A DNA stretch of 64,000 nt from assembly GCF_006345805.1 (NCBI RefSeq), contig NC_043002.1, positions 102,300,001 through 102,364,000 on the forward strand, given 5' to 3'. The number at the start of each line of letters is the position of its first letter. The first letter of the stretch is position 1. Positions 24,893 through 38,187 of the stretch are shown here, one piece after another. The DNA is from Octopus sinensis (lineage: Eukaryota). The notes under the pieces were generated by a model. The model was not told the origin of the DNA, ran no database searches, and saw only the letters and a program-made list of their open reading frames with translations. The translations under genes and the position numbers were made by a program.

Positions 24893-25224
24893 ACAATTTT
24901 TATTATTATTATTTCCTTTATAATTATTATTGTCTTACACCAAGAAGACACCTAAGTTGCAAAGCAGTGGGACTGTACTTGGGACAATCGGGTTGGGATG
25001 CACAGTTACATGGATATATATACACATCTGTGTATGAGTGTATGTGACTGTGTGTTCGCGTGTATACTTGTGTATTGGTGTGTGCGCCTGTGTGGCACGT
25101 TCAGCCCGACATTTGATGACAGTTACACGAGTTTATGGACTTTTGGTTACTCACTCGCTAATTAGGACGATGAGTCGTTGTTTGCCCGCTGTGCCATTGC
25201 TAAGAATTATTGCAGTGAACATGA

Positions 25225-26050
25225 AATAATCAATATCATCACCATCATCATCGTTATCATCGTCATCACCATCATCATCGTTATCACGTTGAACATTGTC
25301 GTCATCGTCGTCGTCAGTTTTTTCATGGTTGTCATCATCCTACTCTTCCACCTCCACATCCTTCTCCTCTTCCATTCTCCTTACTATCATCATCATCATC
25401 ATTCTATCAATATCGTCGTCATCGCCGTCACCATCATCAACATCGTTGCATTCATAACCCCTATCATTATTGGTTTGCAATGTTTTCCTTGTCTTTTTTT
25501 TTTTTTTTGGCGAACGGGTTTAATCTATTATATTGATTCCCCAATAATATGACTGGTATTTTAATTAACCAACCACGCAGTGATTAATCTGCAGATTGAC
25601 CATAGCGATTTTGATCTCAGAAAATAAAATGTTACAACACATGCAACCAGGCATCTTATCTGTTGCTCCACCGATTCTACAACACTCGACATCTTCGTTA
25701 CGAAGATCGTTAATGCCGCCATCTTTACACCCGTCGTCATCATGAAGATCGTTTCGGTTGACGTCATCGTTGTCCCCAGAATGATCCTCATCATCAATGC
25801 TTATCATCAACATAATCAGCCTACACCCCTCCTCCTCCTTCACATTATGATCTTCGCCGTCGTCATCGTCGTCATCACCATCACCGTCATCATCACCACC
25901 AACATCAGCCTGATTGTGATCATCATCATCATCTTCAAAATCCGTATCAGCATCACCAGCTTCGTCACAATCTTCATCAGCATCATCATCAGCTGCAGCA
26001 GCAGCATCAGCATCCTTATAATGGCGATATTCATCATTATGGTCATCGAC
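25225..26050. repeat. Degenerate (CAT/CGT)n low-complexity region in two blocks
   Basis: Visible catcatcat/cgtcatc repeats; these explain the I/V-rich and D/M-rich ORFs. Confidence 0.9.
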
Positions 26051-26502
26051 TTGTTGATACAGTTCAAAATAGTTTCCCTTCAGTTCAATAGATCAGCAAA
26101 TGATAAACGAGCGATCGGCAAAAACCAGAGAGACATTATTCAATCTACTATTTCTGGAGAATCCTCAGCGGAATTTGGTCAATAGATTGTGAGGATTGGT
26201 GATGCCTAATCAATAGAGCTATGGTAAAAATCTTCAGAGGATGTTGGAGACAGAATGAATGCTTAAGTGACTACGAAAAGCGAAGACAACGGGGCCAAAC
26301 CTACCACTCTTTCCTTCGTTGCATGCATCTGGTATATTTCCCTCGAGGCATAACCTACATCTACGTTGCACGTGCCTCGGTGCTTGCCTGTAATTCTCTA
26401 TGTATCTATAGGCGCACTTGCGCTCACAAACACAATACTTATTTGTATGTGTAAATATACACATATATATATATACACACACACATATATATATATATAC
26501 AT

Positions 26503-26555
<53 letters not shown>

Positions 26556-26565
26556 TATATACACG

Positions 26566-26605
<40 letters not shown>

Positions 26606-26722
26606 GAGAGATGAACGTGTGGAGTGATGACGTATTTGTATGTGTATGAATGTTCAAGTAACTCTTTGCGTGCGTGCGAACGTGTATTTATATGACTATT
26701 CAATTCCGAATTTACTCTCTAA

Positions 26723-26765
<43 letters not shown>

Positions 26766-26784
26766 CTATATATATATATATATA

Positions 26785-26818
<34 letters not shown>

Positions 26819-27318
26819 TGCGCAAGCCCACATACTTACACAAATAGGTATGTAGGGGTCCCTTCCTTCGGTTGCTTCTCTTCTGCAGCCAGGTGAAAGG
26901 ATATGTAAACGTCTGATCCGCACACCACTTGACACTACATATGTTTATCGTGTTTTTATGGGAAATAGGTCCCGCACGTTCTTCCCTCTTAATGTAATTC
27001 TCGTCCTGCTGGTGTTCTTCTCATCGGATTCCAGGGGTGTGCGATGAAAGAAGAAAATTAATGTTTTAATTCAAAAGCTGCTAAAGACACAATCTATCTC
27101 TCATCGTTGAGTAAGGGGTAGAACGTTTATACGCATGAGAATAACTGCAATCTTAATAGCCTCCGTCGCTTCAAACCGTACGTTGTCAGCACATCGACTT
27201 CAATTATAGTCGACATGTAATGTTTAACTATGACAGGAACGTGAAACCACTAAACGCTATCACATCAAATCCAGCGCTCTGTCTCAAATACCTCATGAAA
27301 TGATAGGAACCGCACAGA

Positions 27319-27357
<39 letters not shown>

Positions 27358-27419
27358 CTGTTTATCAAGATCTCCTTCTCTCTATCTGTCTGTCTCTGGG
27401 TTATTATTTAGTTTTATTT

Positions 27420-27510
27420 TAAGACTTCTTACCAATAGAGGAAGAGTCAGTTTCTAAACAAGATCCAAGCCTCCTTCATCGGAATTTCAGCATCAACAAC
27501 AGCGCATTTT
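27420..27510 (-). repeat. Short dispersed repeat with a decayed hammerhead-like motif (second copy at 38095-38175)
   Basis: The minus strand reads CCGATGA-aggaggcttggatcttgttta-GAAAC-tgactc. It is homologous to 38095-38175 and similar in layout to 15604-15646. Confidence 0.45.
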
Positions 27511-27602
27511 TGTATGTATACTTTTACTTTCAAATTTGTATGTTCTGTCTTATGTAAGTTTTCTCACGTTATACTTGCATATCTAGACATGTAGTATATA
27601 CT

Positions 27603-27742
27603 TTGTCCGTCAATGCGACGGAGACCATCCAGTCATCCTGGGGTTGGGGTGGGCTTGTTTTGTGAGTCCGCAGATGGCTAGTGAGGCCAATCTGCGCCGG
27701 AAAGAGTCTTTGACAGTGTGGACAGGGAATAGTAGCGACTGC
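27603..27742 (-). mobile_element. RTE/BovB-like LINE extreme 3' end (C2H2 finger)
   Basis: IPCPHCQRLFPAQIGLTSHLRTHKTSPPQPQDD, the terminal CxxC..HxxxH motif seen in some RTE elements. Confidence 0.8.
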
Positions 27743-28000
27743 ACATATATGCATAAATGAAAATGTGTGTACATGTATGCGCGCATGCATATCTGCATGC
27801 CTATACGCATGTATGTATGTAAGTATGTACTTACGTTTCTATGTAAGTATTTAGGAGAGTGTGTAGACATGTATGTGTGTGTGTACATGTGTATGTACAT
27901 GTGAACGTATGTTTATGTACTGATATGTGTTTGTTCAAGATGTATACATAACTGTTACTTTGTTGAAGGTTGTATATATACACACATATACATGTATATA

Positions 28001-28073
<73 letters not shown>

Positions 28074-28326
28074 ATCTACGCTGCAATTGTTTTCGTTTCG
28101 GCACCCGATCTCAGATCAGGTCACTTGCTATGCAAGTACATCTCCGTAGTATATATATATATATATATGGATATTCTATAAAAGTAAAACATATATATAT
28201 ATATATGTATATGTGCATATTCCATAAAAGTAAAACATATATATATATATACACATATATATGTGTGTATGTGAGTGTGTGTATACACAAACGCATATAT
28301 TTAATTATATTTTATATTTATGTATG

Positions 28327-28367
<41 letters not shown>

Positions 28368-29181
28368 GATAGATAGCGAGAGAGAAAGAGTTTAATAATA
28401 GATGCAACATCTCTACTGCAATCATATATTTGTTTTCACAAATCCACGCTCATTTGTTTTGATTCCCTTTAAAAACAAATCGAGACATTGACACACATAA
28501 TACTCCTTCTCGTGCAAACTGTCCTCCACCTGCTTTAATTCGGCCAAGGTAACTAACCAGTCAAGCTTTGACGACAAGACAGCTTCGTAAACATCAATAT
28601 AATAATAAATCTTTTGCACGATTTGTTATTCCAACTTGTCTCACCCAAGACATTTTCAGTTATAAATAGCACAAACAACATGTTATAATGAAGTGATAAT
28701 TTAAAACAAGCAATAATGACAGAACGACGAAAATAAACATGTTGAAACAGGTAAGCATTATAAGATAAAAGGAATCGAGGCCATTGAGGCGGCCAAAACA
28801 AATTCCTAACGACATGAAACTTCTAATTAGTGTCTCTCTATAATTGGAACATATTTAAATGCTTAGATATGTCAATTATCTCAAAGAGGAATGGTGGAGT
28901 CGGTAGTTCTTTGGATAAAATGTTTAACTTTATTTATTTGCGTGTCTTATTATTCAGAGTTCATATCTCGTCAAATGCGCCTTTCAGTTCCAACCTGTTT
29001 GAATCGATAAAAATCAACTCAGTCTGTGTAATGTAAGAGTTATTAAATTTTCCTTCAAATCAGGCTTTCTGCCAATGTTAGAAATACTTATTATAATCCA
29101 AAAAGGCGTCACCTAAGAGAAACACATAGCGTCCGAGAGCCTGTTTGTGGAAAAACATAAAAGAAATATAGTTTTATCAAA

Positions 29182-29576
29182 TCTTTATATATAAAAGAGA
29201 GATTGTGTGCTGTCTGTCTCCTACGATTTAGATTCCTAACTACTCCCACATTTTACAGTGCAGTTTAACCAAAACCGGATATCTTATAGTCGTGATTCTT
29301 TTCGAGCCCTTCTGGGTATTAGCGCGTGTCTACGATGAGTCTACGATTAAAATAAAATACCATCAATTTTCCCCATTTTAATGCGTTTTTGGCATATATA
29401 AGGGAAGTAACTCTCTAAAAATTTATTATTAAATCTCAGAACGTAAAAAGCTACAGTAACACGCCACCCCCTTTGTGGTTAGCCATATTGAGATGGCTAT
29501 TATACTTTACATCTCTAAAAATGCTTATATAGTTATTTCCCTGACAAACCCGAGCAACGCCTGGCGATACTGCTAG
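29182..29576 (+). mobile_element. Non-autonomous Helitron
   Basis: Starts A|TCtttatatataaaag. Ends with a GC-rich subterminal hairpin-like cccgagcaacgcctggcg and then CTAG|T. No TSD or TIR. A second copy lies at 57516-57891. Confidence 0.85.
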
Positions 29577-29909
29577 TACAAAATAAAATCTTAATCCACT
29601 TAAATTAACTCTACCTGAAGAGGCAGCATCTCAGTTACCAAAAGGCACAGAAAGTATCAAAGCACCGAATTTTTTCTTAAAATATGTGTTGCTGTCTCGT
29701 CGACAATTATTTTGCCATCATCGTATATGTATTGGTTAGTTGTATGTAAGAATACAGCCGAATGAAACGAACCCAGCTCTCCTGAATATTTGGAAAACTT
29801 TATTAATTTTAGAATCATGGGGGAATCTCGGAATCTGACAAGCAAAATATCTAGCGGTAATTAACCTCCTTCATTTATGTCTGATTTAGAAACCTCCAGA
29901 AGATATCTT

Positions 29910-29944
<35 letters not shown>

Positions 29945-31167
29945 TGGGGGGGGGCGGTTCGTACACACACACATATATATATGTGTGTGTGTGTGACTTT
30001 TCGTTTTATCCGTGTTCTCCTCCACCGGTATTGGTGTTTTTATCTGCCTGTAACATAACGGTCGAGCAAAAAGTGACCGATGGAATATGCACCCGGCCTT
30101 AAAAGATATATATGCAGTAGCTTCGATTCATTCGACGAAAAAATCCTTCGAGTCTATGCTCGAACTTGGCCGAAGTTTATTGACTGCAAAAAAAATAAAT
30201 AAATAAATAAAAACAGGATAAATTCTGTCCCAGACCTTTATTAACGCTAATTTCATCAATTGTAGCATTACCTAAAGTTTAGGATTAGTAAATGGTTGGC
30301 TAAAACTCCTTATTCAATATTTAGTTATGTGCTTTTAAATTGAGAATTTCAATCTCGCCGCCAGCAGCATTGGTTTGCCCCTTCCAAAATTCAATAGAAA
30401 CCATTATTAACATTCTGCGTGCATCAGGATGTATTCTGCGCGGGTAAGGAAAAAACAGGGTACTGAAATCATTCGCCTTTGCCTGTTTGTCTGAGTTGTT
30501 GCAACTTATTGGAAAATGGCCGAACTGATTTTCACCAAATTTCACAGAAATACTCTATTGGGCGAGTTGCTGGAAATAATGAAAATTTGGTTTATCTTCA
30601 AACATACATAAATACATACATAGGTATGCAACTGTGTGTGTGCATGTGCGCGCGTGTGTGTGTACAGTGAGGGATTCGAGGATTTCGTTTATTTATAAGT
30701 TAATTCCTTAATTTCACCTATAAGGGGGCCCACCCACAACTGCAATGCTATCCTTTAATTTTTTTGTTGTTGTTAAAAGTATTCTTTACCACTGTCTACA
30801 AACACGACCAAGCTGAAACAATTAATGCATTCTTCCAGGAGAATAAAACATTCACAAACTTGAGGGGATGGGCCCTTTACATAGAAACATAACCCCCATA
30901 TATGGATTCTAATGACGCAGGAGCCCACTTGACATCGGGCAAGCTGTCAACCTGTGTTTGTGTGTAAGTATGTGTGTGTGAATAGGAGTGTGTGTGTGTG
31001 GGTCTCAAACACCGCTTGAAAACCTGTTCAGCAAAAGCACCTCAAGTACAAGGTTTAACAACCATACGTACGAGGTGAATTATTTCAACTAAGAAAGACT
31101 TCTAGGGCGGTGCCCCAGTAAGGTCGCATTCTCATGACTGAAAGAAGTAAAGAGTAAAAGTTATGGA

Positions 31168-31547
31168 AGCACTCCGTCGGTTACGACGATGTGGGTTCCG
31201 GTTGATCCGACCAACGGAACAGCCTGCTCGTGAAATTAACGTGTAAGTGGCTGAGCACTCCACAGACACGTGTACCCTTAACGTAGTTCTCGGGGATATT
31301 CAGCGTGACACAGAGAGTGACAAGACCGGCCCTTTGAAATACAGGTACAACAGAAACAGGAAGTAAGAGTGGGAGAAAGTTGTGGTGAAAGATTACAGCA
31401 GGGATGACCACCATCCCCTGCCGGAGCATCGTGGAGCTTTAGGTGTTTTCGCTCAATAAACACTCACAACGTCCGGTCTGGGAATCAAAACCGCGATCCT
31501 ACGACCGCGAGTCCGCTGCCCTAACCACTGGTCCATTGCGCCTCCCC
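31168..31547 (-). mobile_element. tRNA-derived SINE, family C
   Basis: Minus-strand head ggaggcgcaatggaccagtggttagggcagcggactcgcggtcgtaggatcgcggttttgattccc; highly similar to 33604-33962. Confidence 0.88.
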
Positions 31548-31791
31548 AGTAAAAGTTATATACATACACACAAACACATTCACGCGCCCGTTCGTCGGAC
31601 GGCTGTGATGAAGAATTTTCATTTTCCCGCTCTCTCTTCAAAGGAGCCGGATATACAAGAGTAAGCGCATCAAAGCAAAACAAAGTGGAAACAGCCTTCA
31701 TCAAAACTACCCGTCGAACCGCAAAGTGAAGTTCTGCGTAACAGTTTTTTTTTGTGATGTTTTTGCAGCATTAATAAAAAGAGGAAATATA

Positions 31792-32256
31792 GGCGCAAGA
31801 GTGGCGATGTGATAAGTAGCTTGCTTCCCAACCATATGGTTCCGGGTTCAGTCCCACTGCCTGACACATTGAGCAAGTGTTTTTCACTACAGCTTTAGGC
31901 CGAATAAAGCCTTGGATTTGGCAGACGGAAACTGAAAGCCCGTCATATATATATACTTATATATGTGTGTGTGTGTGTGTGTATATATGTGTATGTGTGT
32001 GTATATATATGTGTGTGTGTGTACATATATACATATATATGCGTGTGTATGTATGTGTCTGTGTTTGTCCCCTTCCCATTACTTGACAAACGATGCTGGT
32101 GTGTCTATGTGTCCCCGTAACCTAGCAGTTCGATAAAGTGGACCTATAGAATAAGTGCCAAGCTTAAAAATTATAAGTCTTGATGTCAATTTGTTTGACT
32201 AAAGGCGGTGCTCCAGCATGGACGCAGTCGTATGACTGAAACAAATAAAAGTAAAA
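31792..32256 (+). mobile_element. SINE family A, full length
   Basis: Head, internal (TG/TA)n and tail ggcggtgctccagcatgg...tgactgaaac are all present. Confidence 0.9.
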
Positions 32257-33205
32257 TGTATGTGTGTGTGTGTCCACGTGTGTGTATACACACACACACA
32301 CACACACACACACATGCACATTTATTTATACATCGATGTATGCACATACGTATATATATATATATGTATGATTCTGTAAGTGCATGAGTGTTTTTGTGTT
32401 TGTATTTGTGTGTGTGTGTGTGTGTGTGTTAAATTCTGTAATCAGAAGGCGAAGATGGAACCACACGATGTTGCTACAAACGATATCAAATCCGTCGTTA
32501 ATTTCGAAGAAAACTAATTTAAATCAGAAACCAAACGAAAGCCCGTAACTCGTTTTAATGAACTGTTCAAACAAAAATTATACCACAGCTCTCTTTGACA
32601 TCCACCTAGATCCAGGAGAAATTGAACTCGTTCCTCAAAAATGGAGGCCGTGACGATTACACACTACGCAGAGGATTTCATTGCAATGCTGTTAGGTTTT
32701 CTTTAAAATAAATGTACGTGACCAGGCAGCGCTTCTAATATTTATACAACCGTACATTTCTTTTTTTGTCCACATTGTTCTGCAAAGAGATGTATTCGTA
32801 CACTATAGTATAATTGTGTGTACTCTCTGGACTGTGAGTATTTGTTAAAGATAGTAGTGTACTGGGTGAACATATTATATTTGATCGTCGTTTCTCTGGA
32901 TAAAAACAACAAGACTTCGTGTCGTTATTGTTTATTATTATTTTCTCTTTCCAAACGCTGGGTCTAAAGAAAACAAGGCCGCTGCCCATCTACCCCCACC
33001 TCAACACATCTTAAACCTCATCAATAACCCGCTGAACACACACACACTCACACACACACATTTGCACACACATACGCTTCAGAGCGTGTAAGTATGTGTA
33101 TGTATTTATATAACTATGAATACGTATATACACGCATATATATATATATATATATATATATACAAACACACACACAGATAAATAGACATATACATACATC
33201 CAGTT

Positions 33206-33243
<38 letters not shown>

Positions 33244-33539
33244 CCTCAAAAAGTAATTGTCTTCTATCTCTCCCTCTCCCCCTCTAATTTTCTCTTTCCT
33301 TGACTCTTCATGTATCTCTCCCTATACCTCTTTTCTCACACACAAACACGTAGTGGCAGATATGTAACTATTTTTTGCATGTTTGTATGTATGAATATAT
33401 GCATACACACGCACACAGACACACACATATATCAATGTAAGTCAATATACTTAGCCATATATATAATGCATATATATGTATATACATATACACATATATA
33501 CATAGACACATATATGCACAATGCATGGTGTGTGTGTGC

Positions 33540-33570
<31 letters not shown>

Positions 33571-33603
33571 TATATATATACACACACAGACATATATGTA
33601 TTT

Positions 33604-33962
33604 GGCACTCTGTCGGTTATGACGACGAGGGTTCCAGCCGATGCGTTCAACAGAAGAGCCTGCTCGTGAAATTAACGTGCAAGTGGCTGAGCACTCCACA
33701 GACACGTGTACCCTTAATGTAGTTATCAGGGACATTCAGCGTGACACAGAGTGTGACAAGGCTGGCCCCTTTGAAATACAGGTACAACAGAAACAAGTGG
33801 AAAGACTGAGAGGATGTTGTGGTGAAAGAATACAGCAGGGTTCGCCACCAGTCCCTTAAGTGTTTTCACTCAATAAACACTCTCAAAGACCGTTCTGGCA
33901 ATCGAAACCGCGATCTTACGACCGCGAATCCATTGCCCTAACCACTGGATCATTGCGCCTCC
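33604..33962 (-). mobile_element. tRNA-derived SINE, family C
   Basis: Colinear with 31168-31547 (cctgctcgtgaaattaacgtg...cacagacacgtgtaccctta...). Confidence 0.88.
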
Positions 33963-34179
33963 ACACACACACACGCACATATTTGCCTTCAATCCACTCA
34001 TCACAGATCTTATACATATACCTACAAGGAATTGCACACATACACTCTGTATATATTCTACAGTCATACATACGCAAGAATCACATTCATTCATACTGTC
34101 TCTCTTTATATATACTTTTATACATACATAAATGCGTGTGTTTGTGTACTTAACCCCACAATGTAGCATTCATTTACCC

Positions 34180-34704
34180 AATCCTTCTTCTCTCTCTGTC
34201 TGTCTGTGTGTCTTTTTCTCTCTCTCTCCCTCCTTCTTAGAATCACTTTCAATTGCAGAATAACTTTTTTACTCTCTCACACATCAGTTCAAACTCCTTA
34301 CTCTCCATTACGTACTCAGTCCTCTTTCTCCCCTTTCCTTACTCCCCATTTCCAGAAATGCATCCGTTCAATATTCTTCGTGCACTCTCTCACCCAACTC
34401 TCACTATCTATTTTCTCTCTCTATCTCTCTCTCTCTGTCTCTCTCTGTCTCTCTCTCTACGAATTTCTTTCATCTTATTTTCTCCATACTTTCTCATCGA
34501 TTTTATCTCTTCCACTCTCACACTCAAAAACATCGCAACCATATACACACTCACACATACACACTCACACACACACTATCTTTCTCTCTTATTCACTCTG
34601 CCTCCCCTCTTTCTCTCCCTATCCCTCTCTCTCTCTCTATACCTATATTTCTACCCATTTCCTCTCTTTCCTACTCATGAAGTGCTTTAGTCTCCATCTA
34701 TCTT

Positions 34705-34743
<39 letters not shown>

Positions 34744-35190
34744 CTGGATATTTTTCTTTCACTCATTACACCAACTTAATGTACTAACCTTCACTCATAC
34801 TCACCGAGTATTCACTCAGCTTTCATTCCATTTGTCCCAACCCTTTCTTATTACTAACTCACTTCCTACTTCTCGCTGACGTCTTCCCTCATTCTCTTCA
34901 TTTCCCTCTTTCATCTTCTTATCTATTTTTCCTTCCATTCTCCTCTATTTATTTCTATCTTAGCTCCTCTTCCTACGTATTCTCTTTCTCTTTCATTCAT
35001 TCTTTCTTTCTTTTCCTTCTCCCCTATTATCTCTCCTTTTTCACAATCGCCACACTGGCGCTCCTATTATGGACATCACTATATACACATTCATTTACTG
35101 ACCTAGTCCATTAATCACCTTTATCTACCTCCTAATCTTCTTCTCCGTAATTTTCCCCACCTTCCACTTATCTTATTCACTTTGTGTCCA
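34180..35190. repeat. About 1 kb CT-rich polypyrimidine low-complexity tract
   Basis: Directly visible (CT)n and pyrimidine runs; these explain the S/L-rich ORFs. Confidence 0.9.
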
Positions 35191-35791
35191 TTATTTACAA
35201 CGCAGTATTTACGTGTGTATATATATATGTATATATATATATATATATACATACATACATACATGCATATATATGTTTATGTATATGTATTATAAATATA
35301 TATGTTTGTGTGTGTGTATATATATATATATAATGCATGAACACACACACATATAGAACTACATATACAAAATCACGTATACAAACCGGAAGGCCCATAA
35401 ACAGACGAACACATATAACTCACATAACTTACAAATATAACATACACACCAATCCACATGCACAGGTATACGCTCGCACTTATATAAATCTATAGACCAA
35501 CATGTAGCTAATACAGCCGAGTACATAATATCCTAATATGTCTAAATCGACGACCATTGCAGGAACAGGCAACAGAGAGAGAGAGAGCGAGAGAGAGTGA
35601 GTTTGAGAGAGGAAAGCAATTACCGAGTGCACCTATTATATACCAAACAATACAGAAAAATGGATTTCTACTAGTTCTGGGTTAAACAAATCTGCTCAGA
35701 CACTTTCGGACAGAATTTATATAATTAACAGAAAAAAGAGAGATATATAGTGATGGAGAAGGAGGAGGAGGAGAGAGCAGAACGAGGGAAC

Positions 35792-35832
<41 letters not shown>

Positions 35833-36244
35833 GGAGAGAGAGATGGAGTGTGTGTATGTGTGTGTTGAGAAAGTAGTGACGTTTAATACAAAATAACAAG
35901 TTTATTAAGGTCGGAATTTTTAGAACGTCTCCGCCGTGTAATAATTGCTAATTGCTACGGACTTCTTGAACCTATATTGTTTTCTGTACAACAAAGCAAG
36001 ACTGGTTTGGTTCGAGAGGAGATATTGGATTGAAGGCAGCCAATGTCCGAAGTCTAATAACAAAGGATGAGTTACTAAAGTGAGGATGACTGTTAAACAG
36101 AGAGTGAGAGAGAGTGGGGGTGGAAGTAAGGGGTAATTGACTTAATGGAATACATCCCAAATAATAGCAACAGGTGAAAGTATATTTATATATTCGTACA
36201 AATTCAGCAGACGTTATTAGTATGGTTTTCGAAAGTAAATTCGC

Positions 36245-37095
36245 CTATACATACACATATATATACACACACATACATCTTCATACATATATATATATAT
36301 ACATATACATACATATATACATACATACATATACATACATATATACATACATACATATATACATGCATACATATATATATAATATACATATATATATACA
36401 TATATAATACATACATATATGCATACATATATACATACATATACATACATATATACATACATGCATATATATATACGTATACATATATATATACATACAT
36501 ATACATACATATACATATATATACGTATACATATATATATACATACATATACATACATATACATATATATACATATATATATACATACATATATATATAC
36601 ATATAAATATACATACATATATATATATACATATATTACATATATATATATATATATATATACATATATATACATATATATATATAACATATATATATAC
36701 ATATAAATATACATACATATACATATATATATACATACATACATACATATATATACATACATACATACATATATATACATACATACATATATATATACAT
36801 ACATACATACATACATATATATATACATACACATATATATATATACATACACATATATATATACATACACACATATATATACATACATACACATATACAT
36901 ACATATATACATACATACATATATATATATATATACATATATATATGTACATGCATATATATATATGTATATACATATATACATACATAAATATACATAT
37001 ATATACACATTCATATATGACATACATAGATATGCATACATAAATATATAGATATACATATATATACGCACACACGCATATATATATATCTATAT
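36245..37095. repeat. About 850 bp compound (ATAC)/(AT)n microsatellite
   Basis: Directly visible; explains the 142-284 aa Y/I/M/C/V ORFs. Confidence 0.97.
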
Positions 37096-37766
37096 ATTAA
37101 AAGTAATTAAAAGGGCAAGCAACAGGCTGCTTCGCCGCATACCGAAGGAATTAGAAATGGCAGTCAAAGACTGCTTTTTCCATTTTCTATAAGTGGAGAT
37201 TCCATATACGACGGACCCCGCGATTCACATACGCAAAATCGGAGTAGCAAATAAACGAAAACAATCTCTTACCGTTAATAGTGAACATGTTTCTAGATCA
37301 CAGGCTCGAAAATAGCTTGATTTCCTTTGTCAACACTATATTCGATAGGTTTATCAAATGCCACAAGCCCTCACCTCTGACCAAGTGACATCAGATAGTG
37401 GGGGGAAGTGTGCAGATTTTAAAACTAAGTAATGACTGGGAACGTAAATTTTCCCTCCAAAATTCTGCCAAGCGCGCCGTCTGGGTGATCGCAATGGAAT
37501 AAGAAATCCACATGGTAATACAATAAAAATAGCTTGATTTCCTTTTTTCGAGCTTGTGATCTAGAAACATGTTCACTATTAACGGTAAAAGATTGTTTTC
37601 GTTTATTTGCTACTCCGATTTTGCGTATGTGAATCGCGGGCTCCGTCGTATATGGAATCTCCACTTATAGAAAATAGAAAAAACAGTCTTTGACTGCCAT
37701 TTCTAATTCCTTCGGTATGCGGCGAAGCATCCTGTTGCTTGCCCTTTTAATTACTTTTACTATATA
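37091..37766. mobile_element. Foldback element with about 220-bp inverted arms
   Basis: Arms 37091-37312 and 37545-37766 are near-identical reverse complements. The spacer is about 230 bp. TATA lies at both outer ends. Confidence 0.85.
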
Positions 37767-38187
37767 CTGAACTTTACAAAAGTTCCTGACGATGAATTTG
37801 TCATATCTACATACCGAAATTTACCGGTAAATAATTGTTGGTTATATGAAAAACCACTGAAAAATTATTTACCATTTTTATTGTATATATATATATATAG
37901 ATAGATAGATATTATGCAGATATATACATATATAATGGCATGCAAGACATTATAGGCGCAGGCGTGGCTGTGTTGTCGAATGTTTGCTTCCCAAACATAG
38001 GGCTCCGGGTTCAATCACTCTGTGTGGCATCTTCGGCAATATCTTCAAATATCTGTGTGTGTGTATTTGGTGTGACATTGTTCAGTTTTATTTCAAGATG
38101 TCTTGCCAATAGACAAAGAATCGGTTTCTAACACAGTTCCAATGCTTCTTCGTTGGAATTTCAACATCAACAGCCGGACATTTTTAT

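Noticed and set aside
25178-26185. Hydrophobic I/V-rich and D/M-rich ORFs resembling membrane or acidic proteins
   Set aside because: They are produced by degenerate (CAT)n repeats on both strands and contain no domain signal.
28690-28756. Strong plus-strand donor CAG|GTAAGC after ATGTTGAAACAG
   Set aside because: It would add only four codons, with no supporting promoter or downstream exon visible.
31644-31660. Possible 17-nt plus-strand microexon (ctctcttcaaAG|...|GTAAGC)
   Set aside because: Too short to distinguish from chance, and no partner exons were identified.
36204-37075. Long ORFs of 142-284 aa
   Set aside because: They are translations of (AT)/(ATAC)n repeats that lack stops in those frames. 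The same applies to ORFs at 8909-9601, the microsatellite half of 16476-17180, 26234-26855, 59918-60496 and 60611-61309.
37333-37390. Minus-strand cactat-CTGATGT...atagtg within the foldback spacer
   Set aside because: The 6-bp flanking stem is perfect, but the core has A9 changed to T and no GAAA or NUH sits in the right place.
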